Both the position numbers and the translations under genes were made by a program. The notes under the pieces were generated by a model. That model was given only the letters and a program-made list of their open reading frames with translations, was not told the origin of the DNA and made no database searches. A stretch of 61,431 bases of DNA, the filler included. It is 3 parts of 3 records of this genome, joined end to end, with 100 filler letters (N's around TTAATTAATTAA, not from the genome) between each part and the next. Parts side by side here need not be neighbours in the genome. Positions count along the whole stretch, not along the records: positions 1 to 30,570 come from SRR31156797_5481; positions 30,671 to 50,326 come from SRR31156797_5483; 1 more part is not named here. The stretch is one strand, 5' to 3'. This document shows, piece by piece, positions 27,738-37,667 of this stretch. Within the stretch, counting starts at the first letter, position 1; the number at the start of each line of letters is the position of its first letter.

Positions 27738-30392
27738 ATGCCAGTCACACTTCCTGCAGATAAAGCTTTTCTGGAAAAACTAACTTCGACCATCGAAGAA
27801 AACCTCTCCAACGAACAGTTCGGTGTTTCGGAACTGGCATTCAAAATTGGCATGAGCCGGTCCAACCTTCTGCGTAAAGTCAGGAAGCTAACAGACCTCT
27901 CGGTGAGCCAGTACATCAGGCAGATCAGGCTTGAAAATGCTATGGAGTTGCTGGAAGAAGGTGGTTACACAGTTTCAGAGATTACCTATAGGGTTGGATT
28001 CAGTAGCACATCTTATTTCGTGAAGTGTTTCCACGATCATTACGGGTATCCTCCCGGCGAGGCCGACAAGCACAAAGATGAAAGTAAAAAGAAATATGAG
28101 CTAAAGGAAAAGCATACCCACCAACTTGCTGCGATCATGTTTACCGACATCCAGGGCTACACAGCCTTGATGCAGCGCGATGAGGAAAAGGGTGTTGCTT
28201 TCAGGAAAAAGCACCGGGAAATATTTAAACCCATCACTGAAAAATTCAACGGTAAAATCCTGCAGTATTACGGTGACGGTACCCTGAGTACTTTTTCGAG
28301 CGCTTATGATGCTGTGAAATGTGGAATTGCATTGCAGGAACAGTTTCTCCGGGAACCCAAGATTCCGGTCAGGATTGGCATTCATTCCGGTGATATTATT
28401 TTCACGGAAGACGATATTATTGGCGATGGCGTAAATGTGGCGTCAAGGGTGGAGTCGTTTGCATCGGCAGGAAGCGTTTTTATTTCGGAGAAAGTATTTG
28501 ATGAAATTAAAAACAAACCGGATATCGAAACAAAATCCATGGGGTTGTTCGAGCTGAAGAATGTGGATAAACCCATGGAGGTTTTTGCCATCGCCAACAA
28601 AGGCCTGGTTTTGCCCGACAGGAAGAAGCTTGCTACCCAGGGTAAAGGAAAGGCTATGAATTCAACGCTTCCGGAGAAGCAACCTGATAGAAGGGCGGGA
28701 TTGAAATGGGCTATCATTTTCTTGTTGGCGGTTGCAGTTTCGTGGTTATTATATAAGTCAGAGATTTTAGAACCATCCACAAATGATCCGGTTCAGGAAA
28801 TAAAAATTACCGACAAGAAATCAATTGCTGTTTTGCCGTTTATCAATGACAGCCAGGATTCCGGCAATGTTTATATCATCAACGGATTGATGGAATCCAT
28901 TCTGAACAATCTGCAAAAAATAGGGGATTTAAGGGTGATCAGCCGTACTTCTATGGAAAAGTTCCGGGGAAGTTCCAAAACCATACCCGAAATTGCACGG
29001 GAGTTGAACGTCTATTATTTTATTGAAGGATCCGGCCAGAAGATTGGTGATAAAATACTGCTCAACGTCCAGCTTATCGAGGCACCAACCGATAAACATC
29101 TTTGGGCAGAGCAGTTCAACCGGCAAATTGAGGATATCTTTGATCTCCAAATTGAGCTTGCAAAAAGCATTACCCAAAATATCCAGGTGATCATTACACC
29201 CGAAGAAATTGAACGCATCGAAAAGCAGCCTACCGATAATGTAGTGGCCTATGATTTTTTCCTGAAAGGCCTTGATTTGCTTTATCAACAAAACAGAGAG
29301 ACGCTAACAGAGGCGATTAAATTTTTTGAAAAGGCAACTGAGGAAGACCCTACATTTGCACGTGCCTATGCTGCCGAAGCCATGGCTTATTATTATCTGG
29401 ATATTTATCAGGAAGAAAAAAAGCACACCGAAACGATTGTACGACTTGCCGATGAGGCATTGTTCCATGATCCACAACTGGAGCAAAGTTTAATTGCAAA
29501 AGCCCTGTCATTTATGACTCAGGGTCAATATGATGAAGCCGTTCCCTATCTTGAAAAAGCCCTGGAATACAATCCGAATTCTTCGTTGGTAATTGGGTAT
29601 TTGTCTGATTTTTATTCAAATTACAACCCCGACACCCGTAAATACCTGGAGTATGCACTAAAAGGTTTACAAATTAATATTGGTGCGCAGGATTCGGTGG
29701 CAGCAAGTTATGCCTATCTGCACGTGGGAAATGCACTTGTTCAGTCGGGTTTTATAAACGAAGCTAAGAAATACACACAAAAATCAATCGATTTTGATGC
29801 AACTAATATTTACCCCAAGTATGTGCTTGCCTACATAGAATACGCTATTGATCGCGATCTGGAATCCTTACGTGATAAGCTTTTAGATGTGTTGGCTATT
29901 GATACAACCCGCCTTGATGTGTTGCAGGAAGTTGCTAAAATGCATTTCTACCTGCGGGATTATGAAACATCATACCGGTATTACAAACTTTTTGATGATG
30001 CACGCCGGAAATGGAACTTGAACCTTTATCCCGGCGAAGATTGTAAAATTGCATATGTGTTTGAAAAAACAGGTCATCCTGAGGAAGCCAAAAGGCTACT
30101 TGAAGATTATTATGAATATTCACAAAACGACAGATCGATTTATAAAAATCTGAGCCTTTCGATGTATTATTCACAAAGAGATGAAACAGAGACAGCGCTG
30201 GATTATTTAGAATTATTTGCCTCAGAAAACAGTTATCAATTTTGGATTGTGCTATTTCTCGAAATAGATCCTCTTATTGATAATATCAGAGATCTGCCAC
30301 GGTTTAATACACTGATGCAGGACATAGAAGTTCAATTCTGGGAATATCATTATAAGACCAAAGAAGCGCTGGAGCAGGAAGGGTTGATTTAA
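27738..30392 (+). CDS. AraC HTH + class III nucleotidyl cyclase + TM + TolB-like + TPR protein
   Basis: GMSRSNL.RK...VGFSSTSYF (AraC). FTDIQGYT, GDG, RIGIH and GDGVNVASR (cyclase). KSIAVLPF followed by TPRs. Confidence 0.88.
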   Translation: MPVTLPADKAFLEKLTSTIEENLSNEQFGVSELAFKIGMSRSNLLRKVRKLTDLSVSQYIRQIRLENAMELLEEGGYTVSEITYRVGFSSTSYFVKCFHDHYGYPPGEADKHKDESKKKYELKEKHTHQLAAIMFTDIQGYTALMQRDEEKGVAFRKKHREIFKPITEKFNGKILQYYGDGTLSTFSSAYDAVKCGIALQEQFLREPKIPVRIGIHSGDIIFTEDDIIGDGVNVASRVESFASAGSVFISEKVFDEIKNKPDIETKSMGLFELKNVDKPMEVFAIANKGLVLPDRKKLATQGKGKAMNSTLPEKQPDRRAGLKWAIIFLLAVAVSWLLYKSEILEPSTNDPVQEIKITDKKSIAVLPFINDSQDSGNVYIINGLMESILNNLQKIGDLRVISRTSMEKFRGSSKTIPEIARELNVYYFIEGSGQKIGDKILLNVQLIEAPTDKHLWAEQFNRQIEDIFDLQIELAKSITQNIQVIITPEEIERIEKQPTDNVVAYDFFLKGLDLLYQQNRETLTEAIKFFEKATEEDPTFARAYAAEAMAYYYLDIYQEEKKHTETIVRLADEALFHDPQLEQSLIAKALSFMTQGQYDEAVPYLEKALEYNPNSSLVIGYLSDFYSNYNPDTRKYLEYALKGLQINIGAQDSVAASYAYLHVGNALVQSGFINEAKKYTQKSIDFDATNIYPKYVLAYIEYAIDRDLESLRDKLLDVLAIDTTRLDVLQEVAKMHFYLRDYETSYRYYKLFDDARRKWNLNLYPGEDCKIAYVFEKTGHPEEAKRLLEDYYEYSQNDRSIYKNLSLSMYYSQRDETETALDYLELFASENSYQFWIVLFLEIDPLIDNIRDLPRFNTLMQDIEVQFWEYHYKTKEALEQEGLI

Positions 30393-30570
30393 GCCACCTT
30401 ATACACAAAACGTAACTTACTAAATACCAACAACATGTATTTCTCTGATTTTTTTTCCGCTCCAATGTCCAAAAGGACGATTTGCAATTGGCATCCCTTC
30501 GGGAGGAGGTCAGCACTGCATCTAACCTTGAAGCTTCCGAAGGAACTTCAAGCGTTAAAAATAATCTGGT

Positions 30571-30670
30571 NNNNNNNNNNNNNNNNNNNNNNNNNNNNNN
30601 NNNNNNNNNNNNNNTTAATTAATTAANNNNNNNNNNNNNNNNNNNNNNNNNNNNNNNNNNNNNNNNNNNN
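30571..30670. other. Artificial contig spacer
   Basis: N runs flank TTAATTAATTAA (30615-30626). Base composition changes sharply across it. Confidence 0.98.
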
Positions 30671-30808
30671 GTCAAGGCCGGCACCGAACTTCATCCGCTG
30701 GTCGCGTCGTGGGGCCGCCTCAAGGCCGATACGGTCAACCTGTCCGACGTCGCGAAGCTTCGGGCGGAAGCATCAAAACTGGTCGATCAGGTTGGTTTCA
30801 ACCTGTAA
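30671..30808 (+). CDS. 3' end of an Fe(III) ABC transporter substrate-binding protein (partial)
   Basis: Reads ..VASWGRLKADTVNLSDVAKLRAEASKLVDQVGFNL*, directly upstream of the permease. Confidence 0.75.
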   Translation, partial: VKAGTELHPLVASWGRLKADTVNLSDVAKLRAEASKLVDQVGFNL

Positions 30809-30828
30809 ATGCCCATATAGCTAGGTTT

Positions 30829-30876
30829 CCGAAGCAAGGGGCGGTCCTTTTTTCAAGGGACCCGCCCTTTGTTCGG
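30829..30876 (+). terminator. Intercistronic stem-loop between binding-protein and permease genes
   Basis: CCGAAGCAAGGGGCGGTCC... pairs with ...GGACCCGCCCTTTGTTCGG. Confidence 0.55.
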
Positions 30877-30909
30877 CAAAAAAAAGAAACGAAACGAAAG
30901 GACCGGGGT

Positions 30910-32622
30910 TTGGAATTAATCGGAACCGGGTTGCCCGCCGTCGGGGTCGAACCGTATCGGCGCCGACGTCTGGTCGACGGTTGGACCGTTGGCGCCCTGG
31001 CCGTCGCCGCCTGTCTGGCGGTTCCCCTTGTCTCGGTGTTCATTCTGGCCGTTTCGCCGAGCGGCGATATCTGGCAACACCTGGTCTCGACCGTTCTCGG
31101 CCACTACGTCAAAACGACCGTCCTGCTGATGGCCGGGGTCGGCCTGGGAACGCTGATCATCGGCACCGGAACGGCCTGGATGGTAACCATGTGCCGGTTT
31201 CCGGGACGGCGCCTATTCGAATGGGCCCTGCTGGTGCCCCTGGCCGTGCCCAGCTATGTCATCGCCTACGTCTATACCGATCTTCTGGAATTCGCCGGCC
31301 CGATACAGATCCTGCTGCGCGACCTCACCGGCTGGACCAGCCGCACCGACTATTGGTTCCCGGAAATCCGATCGCTCGGCGGCGCCATCAGCATGATGAC
31401 GCTGGTCCTGTATCCTTACGTCTATCTGCTGGCGCGCGCCGCCTTCATGGAGCAATCGGTATGCGTGCTTGAGGTCAGCCGGACCCTCGGCGCCGGCCCG
31501 TGGCGAAGCTTTTTCCGCATCGCCCTGCCGTTGGCGCGGCCGGCGGTGGTTGCCGGCGTCAGTCTCGTCATGATGGAAACCCTGAACGATTTCGGGACCG
31601 TCGACTTCTTCGCCGTCGCCACCTTCACCACCGGCATCTATGACGTTTGGCTGAACATGGGAAGCGCCGCCGGCGCCGCCCAACTGGCAAGCGTGCTGTT
31701 GGTGTTCGTGGTGACGCTCATCCTGGTCGAGCGTCAGGCCCGGAAAGGACAGCGGTTCCATCACACGACCAACCGCTACCGGGTGCTGCCGCGGGTCCGG
31801 CTGAACGGTTCGGCCGCGATCGGTGCGATCGCCGCCTGTACGGCGCCGATCGTTTTCGGTTTCGGCATTCCGGCCCTGGTGCTGGGCCGTTTCGCAATGG
31901 CGAATTTCGAGAAATCGGCGACCGGCCAATTCTGGCAACTGGCCATCAATAGCCTTGGCCTGTCCTCGGCAACGGCCTTCATCGCCGTCGCCGTCGGCCT
32001 GTTCCTGGCCTACGCCCTTCGCCTTGGGCGCAACCCGGCCCTGCGCGTCATCGCCGGCTTTGCCGGTACCGGATACGCCGTTCCGGGCGCCGTCCTGGCG
32101 GTCGGCGTGGTGATTCCGCTGGCCGGTTTCGACAACGCCCTGGACGCCGCCATGAGGGCGACCTTCGGCGTCTCGACCGGTCTATTGCTGAGCGGCACGG
32201 TCATCGCCGTGATGTTCGGCTATCTGGTTCGTTTCCTCGCCCTTTCCTTCGGCACCGTCGAAGCCAGCCTCGGCAAGGTCACCGAAAGCATGGACGGCGC
32301 CGCCAGAACCCTCGGCCAGACGCCGCTGGCGGTTCTCAGGAAGATCCATCTTCCGATCATCCGCGGCAGTCTTCTGACGGCGGCGATCCTGGTTTTCGTC
32401 GATTGCATGAAGGAATTGCCGATGACCATGCTGTTGCGCCCGTTCAATTTCGACACGCTGGCAACCCATGTCCATCAATTGGCGTCGGACGAACTGCTCG
32501 AAGAATCGGCGCTCGGGGCCTTCGCCATCGTCGCCGTCGGAATCCTGCCGGTGATCGCGCTCAGCCGGACGATTTCGCATTCCCGCCCCGGTCACAAACC
32601 GGCGCAAGGCGGCCGACCATGA
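30910..32622 (+). CDS. fbpB: Fe(III) ABC transporter permease (FbpB/FutB type)
   Basis: Two permease repeats: LYPYVYLLAR, EVSRTLG, ETLNDFG, DGAARTLG and MKELP. Start approximate. Confidence 0.88.
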   Translation: MELIGTGLPAVGVEPYRRRRLVDGWTVGALAVAACLAVPLVSVFILAVSPSGDIWQHLVSTVLGHYVKTTVLLMAGVGLGTLIIGTGTAWMVTMCRFPGRRLFEWALLVPLAVPSYVIAYVYTDLLEFAGPIQILLRDLTGWTSRTDYWFPEIRSLGGAISMMTLVLYPYVYLLARAAFMEQSVCVLEVSRTLGAGPWRSFFRIALPLARPAVVAGVSLVMMETLNDFGTVDFFAVATFTTGIYDVWLNMGSAAGAAQLASVLLVFVVTLILVERQARKGQRFHHTTNRYRVLPRVRLNGSAAIGAIAACTAPIVFGFGIPALVLGRFAMANFEKSATGQFWQLAINSLGLSSATAFIAVAVGLFLAYALRLGRNPALRVIAGFAGTGYAVPGAVLAVGVVIPLAGFDNALDAAMRATFGVSTGLLLSGTVIAVMFGYLVRFLALSFGTVEASLGKVTESMDGAARTLGQTPLAVLRKIHLPIIRGSLLTAAILVFVDCMKELPMTMLLRPFNFDTLATHVHQLASDELLEESALGAFAIVAVGILPVIALSRTISHSRPGHKPAQGGRP

Positions 32623-33677
32623 AGGCGTTGCATCTGGAAAACATCAGCCACGCCTATGGCGCCCAACGGGTTCTCGACGAGGTGTCGCTGGAGGTCGAAG
32701 CCGGTGAGGTCGTCTGCCTGCTCGGCCCGTCGGGATGCGGCAAAACGACCCTGTTGCGCCTCGCCGCCGGACTGGAAAGGGTACAGCGGGGGCGGATCGA
32801 CGTCGGCGGACGTATCGTCGCCGAGTCCGAACGCGACATACACGAACCGCCGGAAAACCGCGGCGCCGGCCTGATGTTCCAGGACTACGCGCTGTTTCCG
32901 CATCTGACCATCGAGGAAAATATCCAATTCGGACTGAACGGCCATGCGTCTTTCCGTTCGCAATGGTTGCGCGACGCCATGTCGCGCATGGGCATATCCC
33001 GTCTTTCGAACAGCTATCCGCATACCCTGTCGGGCGGGCAACAGCAACGCGCCGCGCTTCTGCGCGCCCTTGCCCCGTGCCCGGAAATCCTGCTGTTGGA
33101 CGAACCCTTTTCCGATCTCGACATCAACCGGCGTATCCTGGTTCGCGATGCGACGCACGAACTCCTCAGGGACGCCGGCGCCGCCACGTTGATCGTCACC
33201 CACGACCCGGAAGAGGCGATGTTCATGGCCGATCGCATCCTTGTCATGGACAAGGGCCGGATCGTCCAATCGGGATCACCGACGGAAATCTATTTCCGCC
33301 CCGCCAACGGCTTCGTCGCCGGGCTGTTCGGGCCGGTAAACAGCCTTCGCGGAGAGGCCAGGAACGGCCGGGTCGAAACCCCGCTGGGAACGTTCGAGAC
33401 CGAACTTGCCGATGGCTCGGACGCCGAAATCATGATCCGGCTGGAAGGATTCCGGCTGATCGAAAGCGGCGGCAAAAAGCGCCAAGGCCGGATCGCGGCA
33501 AGGGTCGATTCGGCCCGGCTTCTCGGCCGCACCACCTATGTGCGTTTTTCGGTTTCCGACGCCAACGGTGCGATCCTTTCCCTGCAGGCCAGAATGCCCG
33601 GCGATTTCCTTCCCGAACCGGGGTCGCAGGTCGCCCTCGAGGTCGATTCCAAACAGGCCTTCGTGTTTCCCGGTTAA
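32619..33677 (+). CDS. fbpC: Fe(III) ABC transporter ATP-binding protein with TOBE-like tail
   Basis: GPSGCGKTT, FQDYALFPH, LSGGQQQR and LLLDEPF. ATGA overlap with the permease. Confidence 0.9.
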   Translation: MKALHLENISHAYGAQRVLDEVSLEVEAGEVVCLLGPSGCGKTTLLRLAAGLERVQRGRIDVGGRIVAESERDIHEPPENRGAGLMFQDYALFPHLTIEENIQFGLNGHASFRSQWLRDAMSRMGISRLSNSYPHTLSGGQQQRAALLRALAPCPEILLLDEPFSDLDINRRILVRDATHELLRDAGAATLIVTHDPEEAMFMADRILVMDKGRIVQSGSPTEIYFRPANGFVAGLFGPVNSLRGEARNGRVETPLGTFETELADGSDAEIMIRLEGFRLIESGGKKRQGRIAARVDSARLLGRTTYVRFSVSDANGAILSLQARMPGDFLPEPGSQVALEVDSKQAFVFPG

Positions 33678-33804
33678 GGCCCGTCGTCGCCGCCACCCGG
33701 TAATAACTGCAGGGTCGGCACCGCGGCGGAACGGACTGCCGGGAGCCGCCTTGCTCGCCCCTAAAAATTGCCTATAAAATCAATCGTCTAGATGCCTTTC
33801 GGCG

Positions 33805-33821
33805 TTGGCATTCATCTTGCT
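33805..33821 (+). promoter_or_regulatory. Sigma54 -24/-12 promoter of flgE
   Basis: TTGGCATTCATCTTGCT has GG-N10-GC spacing. Confidence 0.75.
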
Positions 33822-33878
33822 TGATAAACGCAGGAGTTTCTGTGTCCCGGCCGGGCCACGAACACGGAGTCAACGCAC

Positions 33879-35468
33879 ATGAGCTTTTACGGAGCCTTCG
33901 CCCCAAGCACCCTTGGGATGCTGAGCCAGGCCTTCGCCCTCAACAACATCGGCGTCAACGTCGCGAACGCCAACACGGGCGGCTACAAAATGAAGGAAAC
34001 GCGGTTTTCCTCGATGGTCAGCGAATCGCTGTTCCACGAGAGCGACCTCGGCGGCATCCGGCCGAACGTCTTTCAACGGCTCGATGTCCAGGGAATATTG
34101 GTCTCCAGTGACAGCCAGACCGACCTGGCCATCGGCGGTAACGGCTTCTTCGCGATGACCGATCAGTTCGACGGCAGCGGCGACACCTTCTATGGGCGCG
34201 ACGGTTCGTTCCAGATGCGAACCGTCAACGACGTATCGGTGACGGCCGACGACGGCAGCACGATTACCGTCAAGGACGGGTATCTGGCCGACAAGAACGG
34301 CTATTTCATTCTCGGATGGGAACCGGACGCCAGCGGCGAATTTCCCGATTCCGGAGGATCGTTGGTACCGCTCCGGATCGACCCATACGCCTTCTCCGAC
34401 ACCTTCCTGACGACGACGGAAGCAAACCTGGTAGCCAACCTGCCGGCGGGCGCAAGCTCCGGCGACGTATCGACCTATTCGGTAACGGCGGTCGATTCGG
34501 TCGGCGACAAACAAACCGTCACCATGAATTTCACCAAATCGGCAACCGCCAATCAGTGGTCGATGTCGGTAACGACATCCCAGGATCCGGTCGCCCAGGT
34601 CGATACCGTGACCCTCGGCGGCACGCTCGAGGTCGGCGATGTCTACAGCGTGACGGTCGGCGGCCAGACGGTGAACTATACGGTCGACGGAACCGAGGCG
34701 AACATCGATGTCGTCCGTGACGCCCTGGTCACCGAACTCAACAATCATCCGTCCATTTCTTCGACAACGACAGCGGCCGCCGGCGCCACCGGTGAATTGA
34801 CCGTCACCGCCGATGTCGCCGGCGACGCCATCACAACCACGTCGTCGGCAACCAACGGCGGCGCCACCGCCGACAATACGGCAGTTGCGGCGACGACAAC
34901 GGCCAACGTGCCCGTGACACAAACGTCGGCGGCGCAAACGATCGCGTTTAACGGCACTGGACAACTGACGAACCCGGCGGCCGGAATCCTAACCTTCGCC
35001 CCGTCATTCGCCGGCGGCTCGACGGCAACGATTGCCATCGACATATCGGAAGTCACCCAGTTCGCAGGCGATTTCCTTCCGCTCAGTTTCGATCGCAACG
35101 GTTATGCCTCTTCGAGCATGGAATCCTTCACTTACGATTCCGCCGGCCGCGTTATCGGAACCTTCGAGGATTCGACCAACCGTGTGATGTACAAGATCCC
35201 GTTGGCCATCTTCCAGAATCCCAATTCGCTGGAGGAGCGCAACGGCAACGTCTATGTCCCCAGCGCCGATTCCGGCGTCGCCCAGGTGGTCGCCGCGAAC
35301 AGCCTTGGCGCCGGCACCTTCCTGCCAAGCGCGCTGGAGCTGTCGAACGTCGATATCGCCGAGGAATTCAGCACCATGATTCTGGTTCAGAACGCCTACA
35401 CCATGTGTTCGAAGGTGTTCCAGACCGTCGACGAGATGACCGAGGTCGCCCGCGATCTGAAACGATAG
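33879..35468 (+). CDS. flgE: Flagellar hook protein FlgE with inserted domain
   Basis: NVANANT.GYK, DLAIGGNGFF, YGRDGSF and LELSNVDIAEEF. Confidence 0.88.
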   Translation: MSFYGAFAPSTLGMLSQAFALNNIGVNVANANTGGYKMKETRFSSMVSESLFHESDLGGIRPNVFQRLDVQGILVSSDSQTDLAIGGNGFFAMTDQFDGSGDTFYGRDGSFQMRTVNDVSVTADDGSTITVKDGYLADKNGYFILGWEPDASGEFPDSGGSLVPLRIDPYAFSDTFLTTTEANLVANLPAGASSGDVSTYSVTAVDSVGDKQTVTMNFTKSATANQWSMSVTTSQDPVAQVDTVTLGGTLEVGDVYSVTVGGQTVNYTVDGTEANIDVVRDALVTELNNHPSISSTTTAAAGATGELTVTADVAGDAITTTSSATNGGATADNTAVAATTTANVPVTQTSAAQTIAFNGTGQLTNPAAGILTFAPSFAGGSTATIAIDISEVTQFAGDFLPLSFDRNGYASSSMESFTYDSAGRVIGTFEDSTNRVMYKIPLAIFQNPNSLEERNGNVYVPSADSGVAQVVAANSLGAGTFLPSALELSNVDIAEEFSTMILVQNAYTMCSKVFQTVDEMTEVARDLKR

Positions 35469-35623
35469 CTTCGCCAGGTCCGGAACCAATCGACCCGGCA
35501 ATCTTTTCCCCCTGAACCCCTACCAGCCTTCCGGCACCCGGCAAGACCGGGTGCCGGTTTCCTGTTTTTCCCAGGCCTCTCCGTTTTTCCTTTGTTTTTC
35601 AATCAGTTACCCGGGGTTCCGTT

Positions 35624-35640
35624 CTGGCACGCTTTTCGCA
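35624..35640 (+). promoter_or_regulatory. Sigma54 -24/-12 promoter of the flgI operon
   Basis: CTGGCACGCTTTTCGCA has GG-N10-GC spacing. Confidence 0.75.
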
Positions 35641-35704
35641 TCACTCATTGGTGCCGGACACCCGGCAACTTTGGGAAGAATTTTGGGACAGTGGCTTTTC
35701 AGGA

Positions 35705-36877
35705 ATGATCGAGATGACCCATTCAAGCCGTACGATGACCGTTTCCGCCGCGATCCGCTTCGGTGCGCGCACCATTGCCGTCCTGATCGCCGGCATGGTC
35801 ATGCTGACGGTGGTGAGCGCGGCCGCCCACGGCGCTTCGCGAATCAAGGACATCGTCACCTTCGAAGGCATCCGCGACAACCTGTTGGTCGGATACGGCC
35901 TGGTTGTCGGACTTAACGGCACCGGCGACACCCTGTCCGACGGGCAGTTCACGAAACAAAGCCTTCAGGCCATGCTCAACCGTCTGGGCGTCAAGCCGAC
36001 GGATGCCGGGCTCGATTCCGAGAACGTCGCCGCCGTCATGGTCACCGCCAACCTGCCCGGTTTCGCCCGGCAAGGGACGCGGATCGACGTTACCGTCAGC
36101 GCCCTTGGCGATTCCGAAAGCCTTCTCGGCGGCACCCTCCTGGTGACGCCGCTCCTGGGTGCCGACGGCGAGGTCTATTCGGTCGCCCAGGGCCAGATCG
36201 CGGTTGGCGGCTTCACTGCCGGCGGCGAAGCCGAAACCATTACCAAGGGCGTCCCGACCAGCGGGCGGATTGCCAACGGGGCCATCGTCGAACGCGAAGT
36301 CGGCTTCGAAATCGGCGCCATGAAAAGCATCAAGCTGAGCCTGCGCAATCCAGATTTCACGACGGCGCGGCGCATCTCGCAGGCGGTCAACGCGTTCCTC
36401 GGCACCGACGCGGCCCGCCCCTCTGACCCGATGACCGTTCGCATTCGGGTGCCGAGTAACTATCGGCAGAACGTGGTCGATCTTTTGACCGACATCGAAC
36501 AGCTTCGCGTCGAACCGGATCAACAGGCCCGTGTCATCATCGACGAACAATCGGGCGTTATCGTCATGGGCGAAAACGTGCGCATCAGCACCGTCGCCAT
36601 CGCCCAGGGCAACCTGACGATCCGCATCACCGAAACCCAACAGGTCTCCCAGCCGGGCCCCTTCGCCGAGGTCGGCGCCACGACCACCGTCGATCGCACC
36701 GACGTCGCCGTCGAAGAGGGAGAGGACCGTCAGTTGACCGTGCTCGAACCCGGGGTTTCCCTGCAGGAATTGGTCAACGGCTTGAACGCGCTCGGCATCG
36801 GGCCGCGAGACATGATCACCATTTTGCAGGCGATCAAAACGGCCGGAGCCCTGCAGGCCAAGATCGAGGTGATGTGA
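35705..36877 (+). CDS. flgI: Flagellar P-ring protein
   Basis: SRIKDI..FEGIRDNLLVGYGLVVGLNGTGD...ILQAIKTAGAL. Start approximate. Confidence 0.95.
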   Translation: MIEMTHSSRTMTVSAAIRFGARTIAVLIAGMVMLTVVSAAAHGASRIKDIVTFEGIRDNLLVGYGLVVGLNGTGDTLSDGQFTKQSLQAMLNRLGVKPTDAGLDSENVAAVMVTANLPGFARQGTRIDVTVSALGDSESLLGGTLLVTPLLGADGEVYSVAQGQIAVGGFTAGGEAETITKGVPTSGRIANGAIVEREVGFEIGAMKSIKLSLRNPDFTTARRISQAVNAFLGTDAARPSDPMTVRIRVPSNYRQNVVDLLTDIEQLRVEPDQQARVIIDEQSGVIVMGENVRISTVAIAQGNLTIRITETQQVSQPGPFAEVGATTTVDRTDVAVEEGEDRQLTVLEPGVSLQELVNGLNALGIGPRDMITILQAIKTAGALQAKIEVM

Positions 36878-37194
36878 TGAACACCGATCTTATTGCCCTT
36901 CAGGCCCAGAACGCCATCGAAGCCGGCCGGCGGAGCCCGGTGACACCCGGATCGTTCGACATGAAACGCGCCCGCCAGACCGGCGAGGAGTTCGAAGCTT
37001 TTTTCCTCGGCCAGATGCTGAAACCCATGTTCGAGGGCATCGAGGTCGAGGAACCGTTCGGCGGCGGCGTCGCCGAGGAAATGTGGCAGTCGTTGCAGGT
37101 CGAGGAAATGGGTAAATCCTTCGCCCGCGCCGGCGGCATCGGAATCGCCGACCTGGTGGTTCAGGAAATGATCAAAATGCAGGAGATCCGATAA
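36874..37194 (+). CDS. flgJ: Short FlgJ (rod-binding domain only)
   Basis: EEFEAFFLGQML, FGGG.AEE and GGIGIAD. Confidence 0.85.
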   Translation: MMNTDLIALQAQNAIEAGRRSPVTPGSFDMKRARQTGEEFEAFFLGQMLKPMFEGIEVEEPFGGGVAEEMWQSLQVEEMGKSFARAGGIGIADLVVQEMIKMQEIR

Positions 37195-37196
37195 CC

Positions 37197-37646
37197 ATGG
37201 ATGCTTCTAAGCGCGTCGGCGATCTGATCGCCATCAGCCGGCAACTTGCCGAACTGCTGACTCAGGAAAACAAGGCCTTGCGAGACCACAAACCGGATGA
37301 AGTTCGGGTCCTGCTCGATCAGAAGGACGAACTCAGCCGCGCCTATGAAAGCCGGGTCGCCGGACTGGCCGAACATATCGGGGCCGAGGAGATGGAAGCG
37401 GTCGACCAGACCCTCAAGGACCAGCTTCGGATCCTGGGCCGGGAAATCCATGCGCTCAGCAACGAAAATGCCGGTTTGCTTCAGATCGCGATGGAAGTGA
37501 ACCGCCGCGTCCTGCATGGGGTGGCCGACGCCGTAAAGGCCAGTCAGCCAAGTGCCGGCACCTATTCGAGAGCCGGCGTGGTCAACCAAAGCGCCAGCCG
37601 CGCGGCGCCGCAGAACGTACCGATCTCTCTGGACAAGTCCTTCTAA
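37197..37646 (+). CDS. flgN: FlgN-like flagellar chaperone
   Basis: Helical LAELLTQEN..L and EN..LL pattern, located just upstream of flgK. Confidence 0.65.
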   Translation: MDASKRVGDLIAISRQLAELLTQENKALRDHKPDEVRVLLDQKDELSRAYESRVAGLAEHIGAEEMEAVDQTLKDQLRILGREIHALSNENAGLLQIAMEVNRRVLHGVADAVKASQPSAGTYSRAGVVNQSASRAAPQNVPISLDKSF

Positions 37647-37667
37647 CCCGAACCGGGAGCGCCGATC

